Positions 46,993-55,844 of a stretch of 64,000 nt of DNA are shown one piece after another (the stretch's first letter is position 1; every line of letters begins with the position of its first letter). The stretch is from positions 1,984,001 to 2,048,000 of the forward strand of contig OY782041.1 in the NCBI GenBank assembly GCA_963677595.1. The letters run 5' to 3'. The position numbers and the translations under genes are program-made. Source of the DNA: Spirochaetia bacterium. GTDB lineage: Bacteria; Spirochaetota; Spirochaetia; CAKZLE01. The notes beneath the pieces were generated by a model. That model worked only from the letters and a program-made list of their open reading frames with translations, was not told the origin of the DNA and did not search any database.

Positions 46993-48278
46993 TTGAGTTC
47001 GTTGTAGCGTTCGTTTTACTTATCGTGTTGCTGTTTATTGAGATACCTATTGCTTTCTCGATCGGGATGGCATCTCTCGTCTATATGGTGATAACCGACG
47101 CAGGAAATATCCTTGTTGCACCGTTGAGGATCTTTGCCGGGCTGAACTCGTTCATCCTCATGGCTATCCCACTGTTCATCTTCGCTGCGGAGATCATGAT
47201 CCGTTCGAAGATATCAAAGAAGATGTTCACCTTCATATCGCTATCGATCGGTCGGTTCCAGGGAGGCCTGGCATATGTGAATGTCCTGGCCAGTACGGTA
47301 TTCGGGAGTATTGCCGGTGCGGCCCTCTCTGATATCGCGGGACTGGGGAAGATCGAGATCGACGCGATGAAGGAGGACGGGTATGAGCCGAACTTCGCCT
47401 GTGCCATAACCGCGGCATCGGCGATCCAAAGCCCGATCATCCCGCCAAGCAACATCGCGATCCTGTACGGCGGGGTCATGAGTCTCTCGGTCGGAGCCCT
47501 CTTCATAGCTGGGGTCATCCCCGGCTTGCTGCTTGCCCTGGGACAGTTCGCCTATATCAAGGTCATGTCAAAGAAGATAAACCTCCCGCGACATACTGAG
47601 GTGTTCACGAAGAAGGAGCGACTGCAGATCATCCGTGACGGGCTGATCGCCATGCTGATGCCGGTCATCATCCTTGGGGGGATCCTCGGCGGGCTGGTCA
47701 CACCGACGGAGTCTGCCGCTGTCGCGGTACTCTATGCCTTGGTCGTCTCACATTTCGTCTTTCATAACCTGACGTTCAAAGATATCAAGGAGAGCATGTG
47801 GGTATCGGCGAAGATCTCGGCTAATCTCTTCCTGATCATCTCATTCTCGACGATCTTCGCTTGGGCTCTAGGTATGCAGAAGGTCCCAGACCAGATAGCC
47901 GCCCTCATGCTGAGGATCAGCGAGAATCCGTACATCCTCCTGCTGATCGTGAATGTGTTCCTGATCATCGTCGGTATGTGGATGGAGACAGGAGCGGCAG
48001 TACTGCTGTTTGCCCCGATCCTGGCACCGGTCATGTACAAGGTGGGGATACACCCCATCCATTTTGCCATGGTGATGCTCATCAACCTGACCGTAGGGCT
48101 GATCACCCCGCCGGTCGGGGTCGTGCTCTATGCCACCACCTCGGTCGGGAATGTCAAGTTCGAGGATCTGGTACGGAAGATCCTGCCGCTGGTGCTGCTT
48201 GGGATGCTAGTGGTACTGCTGGTGACGTTCTTCCCTGAATTGACCTTGTTCCTGCCGAGACTGGCAGGGCTGGTGTGA
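46989..48278 (+). CDS. dctM: TRAP DctM (system 3)
   Basis: LMAIPLF, GGLAYVN, IIPPS, TPTES, ITPPVG. Confidence 0.95.
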   Translation: MIEFVVAFVLLIVLLFIEIPIAFSIGMASLVYMVITDAGNILVAPLRIFAGLNSFILMAIPLFIFAAEIMIRSKISKKMFTFISLSIGRFQGGLAYVNVLASTVFGSIAGAALSDIAGLGKIEIDAMKEDGYEPNFACAITAASAIQSPIIPPSNIAILYGGVMSLSVGALFIAGVIPGLLLALGQFAYIKVMSKKINLPRHTEVFTKKERLQIIRDGLIAMLMPVIILGGILGGLVTPTESAAVAVLYALVVSHFVFHNLTFKDIKESMWVSAKISANLFLIISFSTIFAWALGMQKVPDQIAALMLRISENPYILLLIVNVFLIIVGMWMETGAAVLLFAPILAPVMYKVGIHPIHFAMVMLINLTVGLITPPVGVVLYATTSVGNVKFEDLVRKILPLVLLGMLVVLLVTFFPELTLFLPRLAGLV

Positions 48279-48318
48279 TACAGTGAGAGCAGAAATCATA
48301 TGGTGTAAAGTGTAGGAG

Positions 48319-49605
48319 ATGAGAATGAAGATTAATGCATATTCCGGTTCCATGAGAGAATCGCTTGAGATAGAGGACAGCCTGGTCATTGGCTATGCCG
48401 TGCAGGATGATTCTACGGCTCATGAGCCATTTACCCTCGAGATGATCGAGCAGGCTATCGACCGTCCGGTGGGAAAGGAGAGGATCGAGGAGTCTGTCGG
48501 TCCGGATACCTCGGTTGCGATCATCGTTGATGACGCAACCAGGCCGACCCCTACCAGTGCTATCCTGCCGATCGTCCTGAAGAAGCTCTACCGTGCTGGG
48601 GTCACGAAAGAGCATATCTGCATCACGATCGGTACCGGTCTGCACAGGGACACGACAGTCGAAGAGAAGAAGAAGATCCTCGGAGAAGCCATATACGAGG
48701 AATTCGATGTGATCGACAATGCCGGGCGGGACAATACCCAGTTCACCTATGTCGGTACGAATTCCTACGGGCTGGACATCAATATCAACAACAGGGTCGC
48801 TGATGCGGATTATGTCATCACCATCGGCATGGTAAAATCCCACGCGTTCGCCGGGTTCACCGGCGGGGCGAAGAGTATCCTGCCGGCGGTATCGAACCAG
48901 AGTACCGTCCATGGGAACCACTGCTTTGACAATATCGAGTACCCGCAGGGGATCCTGGGTTCCTGTGACCGGAGTGTCGCCAGGCTGGGGATGGAAGAGG
49001 CTGCCAGGTTCGTCGATCCCTACATTATCAATGTCGTCCTTGATAAGCAGGGCAATGTGGTACATCTCTCTGCAGGTGATGTGGTCTTTGCCCATCGGAA
49101 GGCTGTGGCCTTCTATATGGGGGACTCCGAGAAGCTCCTTGATACCACAGCAGATATTGCCATCATCTACGGCGGACTTGCAGGGAGTATCAACCTGTAC
49201 CAGGGGTTGTTCGGTTGTAATGTTGTCAAGACGACTGAGCGACCGATCCTGCAGAAAGGCGGGACCGCGATCATCTACGCTGAATGTGCCCAGGGACTGG
49301 GGACCCATCTCTTCGAGGAGATGATGCCGAAGTTCGACACTCCTGCAGAGGTCCTGGCACATTTGAAATCACATCCAGTCATAGATGACCAGTGGGCTGT
49401 GCAGTTCCTCTGCTCGTTTCTTGAGGACTTGGATATCTACCTGGTATCTTCCACGATCTCCGATGAGACTGCAGAGGTCCTGCGGATCAAACCGTTCAAG
49501 ACACTGGAAGAGGCTCTCAAGCAGGCAACGGCAAAGTATGAAAAACCGAAAGTAGCAATCATCGAGAATCCCGACGGGTTGATCGTCAACCTCAGGGAAG
49601 CTTGA
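48319..49605 (+). CDS. LarA-family nickel-pincer racemase/epimerase #2 (paralog of 32216-33493)
   Basis: DDATRPTP, GLHR, KSHAFAGFTGGAKS, GNHC, DQW. Confidence 0.9.
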   Translation: MRMKINAYSGSMRESLEIEDSLVIGYAVQDDSTAHEPFTLEMIEQAIDRPVGKERIEESVGPDTSVAIIVDDATRPTPTSAILPIVLKKLYRAGVTKEHICITIGTGLHRDTTVEEKKKILGEAIYEEFDVIDNAGRDNTQFTYVGTNSYGLDININNRVADADYVITIGMVKSHAFAGFTGGAKSILPAVSNQSTVHGNHCFDNIEYPQGILGSCDRSVARLGMEEAARFVDPYIINVVLDKQGNVVHLSAGDVVFAHRKAVAFYMGDSEKLLDTTADIAIIYGGLAGSINLYQGLFGCNVVKTTERPILQKGGTAIIYAECAQGLGTHLFEEMMPKFDTPAEVLAHLKSHPVIDDQWAVQFLCSFLEDLDIYLVSSTISDETAEVLRIKPFKTLEEALKQATAKYEKPKVAIIENPDGLIVNLREA

Positions 49606-49640
49606 AGATCTCTACGATAACCAGAAACAAGCAACTGAAT

Positions 49641-49677
49641 TACCTGTCCCTGCCCATCGGGGCGGCAGGGACAGGTA
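49641..49677 (+). terminator. Stem-loop after larA-like #2
   Basis: TACCTGTCCCTGCC ... GGCAGGGACAGGTA 14-bp stem. Confidence 0.65.
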
Positions 49678-49743
49678 TCCTTGCTTTCACAGCCCCTGAG
49701 CCTGGATGCATGTGTTGTCTTGCTGGATCCTGGAGGCAGTGAT

Positions 49744-51045
49744 ATGAATCAGAACGGAAGTAAGAACGCACGAAGAGATGGCATGGTCGCAGCGATCCTG
49801 GAGAAGACCGAGCTCCCGAGGATGTGCCGTGTCAGGCAGTCCTTTGACGATACCCATATAGCACAGCTTGAGGATGAGGTGCGAATCCAGCTCAAGCGCC
49901 CCGGGACGTTGGATAGGGTCATGCCTGGGCAGTCCATTGCCGTCACTGCGGGCAGCAGGGGCGTCGCTGACATCGCACGCATCCTGAGGACGGTAGTCGA
50001 TGAGATCCGGCGTGTCGGGGGACACCCCTTCGTGATACCTGCCATGGGAAGCCATGGCGGGGCTGTTGCGACTGGGCAGCTGGGGATCCTGCGCGGGTAT
50101 GGTATCACGGAAGAGTCTATGGGATGCCCAATCAGGGCAACTATGGATACAGTCCAGATTGGGACGGCAGGGAATGGTATGCCGGTGCGGATCGACGCGA
50201 ATGCTGCCGAGGCCGACGGGATCGTCGTTATCGGTAGAATTGCAAGCCATACATCTTTTCACGGCAGCCATGAGAGCGGGCTGATGAAGATGGTCACGAT
50301 CGGCCTGGGGAAACAGTACGGTGCGGAGATCTGCCATGAACAGGGTTTCGGGAAGATGGAGCGAAACATCGTCTCGATAGCACGGGAGACGATCGCTTCG
50401 GGACGGATCCTGTTCGGACTTGGGATCATTGAGAACGCCTATAACCAGACAAAGCAGCTTGCCTCAGTTCCCGCGGAGCTGATCGAGGCAGAGGAGCCGG
50501 GACTGCTGAAGGAAGCGAAATCCTGCAAGGCGTCGCTTCTTGTCAAGGATATCGACGTACTGGTCGTGGACGAGGCAGGGAAGAATATCAGCGGGGAGGG
50601 GATGGACCCCAATGTCACCGGACGATGGAGTACCCCATTCGCTTCAGGTGGACCTGAGATCCAGCGGATCGCCCTCCTGGATCTGACCGATGGATCCCAT
50701 GGGAATGCCGGCGGGTTCGGGATGGCCGATTTCTCCACACAGCGGGCATTCGACAAGATGGACTTTGACCAGACGTATCCCAACATCCTCACCCCGACCG
50801 TGATCAGGCCGGGCATGATCCCGATCATCATGGCTAATGATGAGCTTGCGATCAAGGCTGCCATCCAGACATGCAATGGGATCGATAAGGAGAACCCGCG
50901 GGTCATACGTATCAGGAATACCAAGAAGCTCAATGAGATCCTGGTGTCGGAAGCGCTTGTGGAAGAAGTCCTGGGGACTCCCGGCATGGAGATGCTGGGA
51001 GACCCTGCATATATGCAGTTTGACGGGGATGGGAACCTGGTGTAA
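49744..51045 (+). CDS. LarA/DUF2088-family protein #3 (divergent subgroup)
   Basis: TAGSRG, PAMGSHGG, ASHTSF, SGLMKM, ICH, GKNISG.GMD motifs; start ATG 49744 after GGAGG. Confidence 0.78.
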   Translation: MNQNGSKNARRDGMVAAILEKTELPRMCRVRQSFDDTHIAQLEDEVRIQLKRPGTLDRVMPGQSIAVTAGSRGVADIARILRTVVDEIRRVGGHPFVIPAMGSHGGAVATGQLGILRGYGITEESMGCPIRATMDTVQIGTAGNGMPVRIDANAAEADGIVVIGRIASHTSFHGSHESGLMKMVTIGLGKQYGAEICHEQGFGKMERNIVSIARETIASGRILFGLGIIENAYNQTKQLASVPAELIEAEEPGLLKEAKSCKASLLVKDIDVLVVDEAGKNISGEGMDPNVTGRWSTPFASGGPEIQRIALLDLTDGSHGNAGGFGMADFSTQRAFDKMDFDQTYPNILTPTVIRPGMIPIIMANDELAIKAAIQTCNGIDKENPRVIRIRNTKKLNEILVSEALVEEVLGTPGMEMLGDPAYMQFDGDGNLV

Positions 51046-51095
51046 GGGTTACTGGTCCATGCATGATATGGCTTATATGATATGAGAGGTGTACG

Positions 51096-52586
51096 ATGGA
51101 CGATGCATTCAGGGTCATTCACCCCAAGGACAATGTCGGGGTAGCAGGACGAGCCTTGAAACAGGGCGAGACGATCCAGGTTGGTGGAGCGAAAGTAACC
51201 CTGCTCTCTGATGTGCCCATCCGGCATAAGTTCGCACTACACGCCCTTACAGCAGGGGAGCAGGTCATCAAATACGGGGAAGTTATCGGCAGGGTGAGGC
51301 AGGCTGTCGAAACCGGGGCTTATCTTCATACGGATGAGATCGAGACGACCCTCTCCGGGATCATCGACTACACATACCATCCGGTACCAAAGCGAAAGCT
51401 GCGGGTGCCGGAGAGCAGGACGTTCATGGGGTATCGTCGTGAGGATGGGTCCGTTGGGACACGGAACGAGATCTGGATCGTGAATACCGTAGGGTGTGTG
51501 AACACGACTGCCAGGAACCTCGCACGGGCTGCGACTGAAGAGTTCGGGCATCTGGTGGACGGGGTGTATGCGTTCCCCCATGTCTATGGCTGTTCCCAGC
51601 TTGGTGAGGACCTCCTGTCATCACAGCGGATCCTGGCCGGTATGGTGAAACACCCGAATGCAGCAGGGGTCCTGGTGCTGAGCCTTGGGTGTGAACGGAA
51701 CAATATACCAGAATTCAGGAAGGTCCTGGGGCCGGTGGATGAGACCCGGGTGAAATTCCTGGTCACGCAGGAATCAGAAGATGAGATGGAGGATGGGCTT
51801 GCCCTTATCGGCGAACTGGCAGGGTGTGCTTCCTCTTGTGAGAGGACTGAAGTACCAGTCTCTGAGCTCAAGGTCGGGTTGAAGTGTGGTGCATCGGATG
51901 GATTCTCCGGGGTGACGGCAAACCCCCTGACCGGGGCGGTGTCAGACCTCATAACGAGTGCGGGCGGGATAACCATCCTTACCGAGATCTCCGAGATGTT
52001 CGGGGCGGAGCAGGTCCTGATGAATCGCAGCAGGGATCGTGACGTGTTCGACAAGATGGTCTCGATGATCAATGATTTCAAGATGCATTACCTGAAGTAC
52101 GGCCAGCGGATCGACGAGAACCCGTCACCAGGCAACCTGGCAGGGGGGATCTCTACCTGCGAGGAGAAGTCGGTCGGCTGTATACAGAAAGGCGGAAGGG
52201 GGCCGGTAGCGGATGTACTTCGTTACGGGGAGCAGGCGAGTGTCCCGGGATTGAACATCCTTTCGGGACCGGGTGATGACATGATCGCGATCACGGCCCT
52301 GATGGCAGCCGGCTGTCAGGTGATCCTCTTCACTACCGGGAACGGGAACCCGCTTGGGGCCCCGGTCCCGACGATCAAGATATCAAGTAATACCTCGTTG
52401 TTCCAGAGAAAGGGGAACTGGATCGATTTTGATGCAGGCGTGCTCCTCTCAGGTGCATCCATGGAGACGGAGGCAGATAGCCTCTATGCCCTGGTACTCT
52501 CCGTTGCTTCAGGTGAGGTCCTGACCTTGAACGAGATCAACGGGTACCGGGATATCGCGATGGTGAAGGATGGAGTGACTACGTAG
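51096..52586 (+). CDS. uxaA: Altronate dehydratase family (SAF + GD_AH domain)
   Basis: IHPKDNV, HKFA, KYG, GTRNEIW, HVYGCSQ, LGCE, KCG.SDGFSG, NPSPGN, FTTG.G. Confidence 0.9.
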   Translation: MDDAFRVIHPKDNVGVAGRALKQGETIQVGGAKVTLLSDVPIRHKFALHALTAGEQVIKYGEVIGRVRQAVETGAYLHTDEIETTLSGIIDYTYHPVPKRKLRVPESRTFMGYRREDGSVGTRNEIWIVNTVGCVNTTARNLARAATEEFGHLVDGVYAFPHVYGCSQLGEDLLSSQRILAGMVKHPNAAGVLVLSLGCERNNIPEFRKVLGPVDETRVKFLVTQESEDEMEDGLALIGELAGCASSCERTEVPVSELKVGLKCGASDGFSGVTANPLTGAVSDLITSAGGITILTEISEMFGAEQVLMNRSRDRDVFDKMVSMINDFKMHYLKYGQRIDENPSPGNLAGGISTCEEKSVGCIQKGGRGPVADVLRYGEQASVPGLNILSGPGDDMIAITALMAAGCQVILFTTGNGNPLGAPVPTIKISSNTSLFQRKGNWIDFDAGVLLSGASMETEADSLYALVLSVASGEVLTLNEINGYRDIAMVKDGVTT

Positions 52587-52619
52587 CGGGGAGGCCGAAG
52601 GAAAGTTATCGCATGCTAG

Positions 52620-52660
52620 TTGACAACTGGTATCATGTAGCATAGTTTGGTATCATGCTA
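52620..52660 (+). promoter_or_regulatory. Promoter of FadR paralog B with degenerate operator
   Basis: TTGACA (52620) -17 bp- TAGTTT (52643); TGGTATCATG repeated at 52628 and 52648; homologous to the 42152 promoter. Confidence 0.6.
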
Positions 52661-52674
52661 GGTGAGAGGTAGCG

Positions 52675-53376
52675 ATGAAAGCCGTAGAACGAAGGTCGAT
52701 AATCGACCAGGTACTGGAACAGATGAAGAAGATGATCGCCTCGGAAGAGTATGAAGCAGGGATGAAGCTTCCTCCCGAGGTCGAGATGTGCAGGATCCTG
52801 GGAGTGAGCAGGTCTACGGTGAGGGAAGCCTTTAGGATGCTTCAGGCGATGGATTACGTGGAGATCAAGCAGGGACGTGGTGCGTTCGTGAAGAACAAGC
52901 AGCCGAACAGTCCTGAGACGATCAAGGAGTGGTTCGGGGAGAATGCACCGAAACTCAACGATTTCATGGATGTCCGTCTTGCCCTGGAAACCCTTGCCCT
53001 GAAGATAGCCGTGAAGCAGGCGACAGAAGAAGAGATCAGTAAATTGAAGGAGATCGAAGAGAGTTTCGAACAGGCTGTCAAGGACGGTGATGTCCCTTTC
53101 ATGGCGCAGTATGATGAGGACTTTCATAGTGAGCTCGTGGCGATGACACACAACGCGCTCATGATCAATATCTACCAGCTGGTAGTGCGGGAGTTCAAGA
53201 AGTACCGGAACAAGGCTTTTGCGATCCAGAAGAATGCTTCCCATGCAGTTGGGCCCCATAAGCACATATACGGGGCTATCAGGGACCGGGACGAGAAACT
53301 CGGGGTGATGTACATCGAGGACCACCTGAAGATATCGAAGAGGGATATGGAACTGGCTGCCCGGGAAGACCAGTAA
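52675..53376 (+). CDS. FadR/GntR family regulator (paralog B)
   Basis: 34 differences in 233 aa versus 42207-42908 by my count; HTH identical. Confidence 0.94.
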   Translation: MKAVERRSIIDQVLEQMKKMIASEEYEAGMKLPPEVEMCRILGVSRSTVREAFRMLQAMDYVEIKQGRGAFVKNKQPNSPETIKEWFGENAPKLNDFMDVRLALETLALKIAVKQATEEEISKLKEIEESFEQAVKDGDVPFMAQYDEDFHSELVAMTHNALMINIYQLVVREFKKYRNKAFAIQKNASHAVGPHKHIYGAIRDRDEKLGVMYIEDHLKISKRDMELAAREDQ

Positions 53377-53529
53377 CCCTCCTGCAGCTTGACCATACGT
53401 TTGAATATCCCATCTCACGCCTGAGCATGAATCCCATATATCTTCATATCCTCTAATAATCTGTCGGGCATGGATTCTGTCAGGATAGCATCATCGAGAA
53501 AAAGATAAAAATTTATTTAAAAAAAACAT

Positions 53530-53578
53530 TTGACAAATCAGGAAATCAGTACGACAATTGAAAGGTACTACAATTGAA
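53530..53578 (+). promoter_or_regulatory. Promoter with tandem 14-bp direct repeats upstream of another FadR-type gene
   Basis: TTGACA (53530) -17 bp- GACAAT (53553); GTACGACAATTGAA (53549) and GTACTACAATTGAA (53565). Confidence 0.65.
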
Positions 53579-53607
53579 CATTAGAACAAGAGGCGTAAGA
53601 GAATACG

Positions 53608-54303
53608 ATGTCTTTTCAGAAGCTGAGATTTGAGAAAGTGACTCTACGGGATACGATTGCTGAGAAGCTCGAAGAAATGATCCTGAATGAAGAACTCAAG
53701 GTAGGAAGCAAGATCCCCTCTGAGCTGGAACTCGCTGAATCGTTCGGGGTGAGCAGGAATATCCTCCGGGAAGCCCTGAATATCCTGAAGGAGCGTGGGA
53801 TCATCTCCGGGAAAGCCGGTGACGGGACCTATGTCGTACGGCCCGAACCGGTGATCCTGACGCGCATGGTAGGGCGTCTCGTCCAGCTGAGCGATCTGAG
53901 TTATGAGAACATCTTCGATCTCAGGTTGTCGCTCGAAGTCCTCTCTGCAGGGCTTGCGGCAGTACATGCGACTGAAGAGGATCTGATGATCCTTGATGAG
54001 ATCATCACCGATATGAAGAGAAGCATGCTGGACAGCTCGAAGTATTCAGAGGTGGTGTTCCACTTCCACCTCGCAGTTGCAGCAGCATCGAAGAATCCGC
54101 TTATCCCGTCGATCATGGAACCGCTGCAGACTGCCCTGCTTGAGATATTCACCGGAGGGTATATCGAGGAGCGGGGGAGTAAGGCTGAGTTGGTTGACGA
54201 GCATGAGAGGATCCTTGTCCTCATTCGCAATAAAGACCGGGATGGTGTGGAACGGCTTATGAAGGAGCATATCCTTAATTCAAAGAGGAAGGTTATCAAG
54301 TAG
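53608..54303 (+). CDS. FadR/GntR family regulator
   Basis: KIPSE, GVSRNILREA, GDGTYV, FHLAVA..SKN. Confidence 0.93.
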   Translation: MSFQKLRFEKVTLRDTIAEKLEEMILNEELKVGSKIPSELELAESFGVSRNILREALNILKERGIISGKAGDGTYVVRPEPVILTRMVGRLVQLSDLSYENIFDLRLSLEVLSAGLAAVHATEEDLMILDEIITDMKRSMLDSSKYSEVVFHFHLAVAAASKNPLIPSIMEPLQTALLEIFTGGYIEERGSKAELVDEHERILVLIRNKDRDGVERLMKEHILNSKRKVIK

Positions 54304-54767
54304 GAAATCAACTTTGCGTAGCAGAACGGTATATTCAGGAGGGGATGCATGAAAAGAGGTCTGGCTTCTTTTTACTGGTTGTAGTCCGTAAGGCCCTGTA
54401 CGTAAGGATAGCGATATAAAGGTGTAGTGTATAACGATTTCATTAAAAATGACTGAGGTCAAAAAATATACTAAATTATGTAGATATGATGAGTTTGTAC
54501 CTAGGATCCAGGTTGTAAGGAATGGCAGCTGTGTACGATCCTGGTCTTAAGAAGAGTTCCAGTCGGTGAGGATTCGGCAGTGGTAAGAGGTTTAACAGGA
54601 GTATTTGCTGGAATGCTTGATGGTGGTTGATGATAATTGCTAATAATATAACTAGATATATAATTCGTTCAGCTATTCGGCTGATAGGTCGGGTGTTGTA
54701 TGTGGCTTTGTGACAATCTGTGCATATAGGGTATGCAGATTGACAGGTGTAAAACAAAAAAAATATG

Positions 54768-54861
54768 TTGACAGATGGGAATATGTGCTTTAGTCTGTTA
54801 TCAGACAATTGATACAGCGCAGCTAGCTGGGCATGTCCTGGTTCTGCGTCTGATACCAGAC
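54768..54861 (+). promoter_or_regulatory. sigma70 promoter with two FadR-type operators
   Basis: TTGACA (54768) -17 bp- TAGTCT (54791); GTCTGTTATCAGAC (54793) and GTCTGATACCAGAC (54848). Confidence 0.8.
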
Positions 54862-55835
54862 AAATCTGTCGTGTAGCGGCAGGTAACCCCCAATAACATC
54901 AATCATAAGGAGATATGAGATGTTCAATAAAGACACATACGGCAAGATCTTAGTCCCGGTAGTGACCCCCTTCAAAGAGAACGGGGACGTGGACTATGAA
55001 GGGATGGTGCAGATCGGCGAGAAGCTGCTTGAGAAGGGCTGGGCCGATTCATTCATCCTGACAGGGACCACCGGCGAGTTCCACACGATGACGAGCGAAG
55101 AGCGGATCAAGATCTTCCAGACGATGTATGACGCATTCAAGGGACGGATCCCTATCATCGCAGGGACCGGAGCCCCCTCGACACGAGAGACGATCAAGCT
55201 GACGAAGGCAGCCGAGGAGATCGGGTACGAGACGGTGATGGTGGTAGCCCCCTACTACACAAGGCCGTCACAGGCAGAGATCAAGAACCACTACCAGCTC
55301 GTAGCGCGCGCAGTGAAGGTCGATATCCTGATCTACAACATCCCGATCTTCACAGGGGTGAACACCTCACCTGAGATCGTGGCCGAGCTGGCGAAAGAGC
55401 CGAACATCGTGGGTCTGAAGGAAGAGGCTGAGCTGAATGCGAAGCAGATGACCGAGTTTATCAACGTGACACCGGATGATTTCATCATCTACAACGGAGA
55501 TGACACGATGGTGCTGGAGTCCTTCGTACAGGGATACGAGCGGATCGGCGGCGTGATCAGCGGCGGGGCGCACCTGGTAGGTGACCAGATCCGTGAGATG
55601 ATCGACTGCCTGCATGAGGGGAAGGTGCAGGAAGCATCAGTGATCCAGCGACGGCTGCTGCCGTTGTACCGGATCATGGGACAGGGCGGGAGGACGAACC
55701 CGGTCTGTCTGATCAAGGATGCGATGAGGATGGTAGGCTATCCTGCAGGCTACCCGAGACTGCCGATGCTCCCCGGGACTGAGGAAGAGGTGAAGAACGT
55801 ACGTGAGCTGATGATCAAGGTCGGCGCACTGAAGG
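54848..55835 (+). repeat. 988-bp direct repeat, copy 2
   Basis: Near-identical to 42926-43913. Confidence 0.93.
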
Positions 55836-55840
55836 AGTAG
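54920..55840 (+). CDS. DapA/NanA-family lyase #6 (duplicate of #4)
   Basis: Protein identical to 42998-43918 except the last residue (E vs A). Confidence 0.92.
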   Translation: MFNKDTYGKILVPVVTPFKENGDVDYEGMVQIGEKLLEKGWADSFILTGTTGEFHTMTSEERIKIFQTMYDAFKGRIPIIAGTGAPSTRETIKLTKAAEEIGYETVMVVAPYYTRPSQAEIKNHYQLVARAVKVDILIYNIPIFTGVNTSPEIVAELAKEPNIVGLKEEAELNAKQMTEFINVTPDDFIIYNGDDTMVLESFVQGYERIGGVISGGAHLVGDQIREMIDCLHEGKVQEASVIQRRLLPLYRIMGQGGRTNPVCLIKDAMRMVGYPAGYPRLPMLPGTEEEVKNVRELMIKVGALKE

Positions 55841-55844
55841 TGGA

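Noticed and set aside
48154-49362. 402-aa minus-strand ORF
   Set aside because: Antisense shadow of the LarA-family gene.
54476-54808. 110-aa minus-strand ORF in an AT-rich spacer
   Set aside because: It starts inside the operator/promoter, has no RBS and has a non-protein-like composition.
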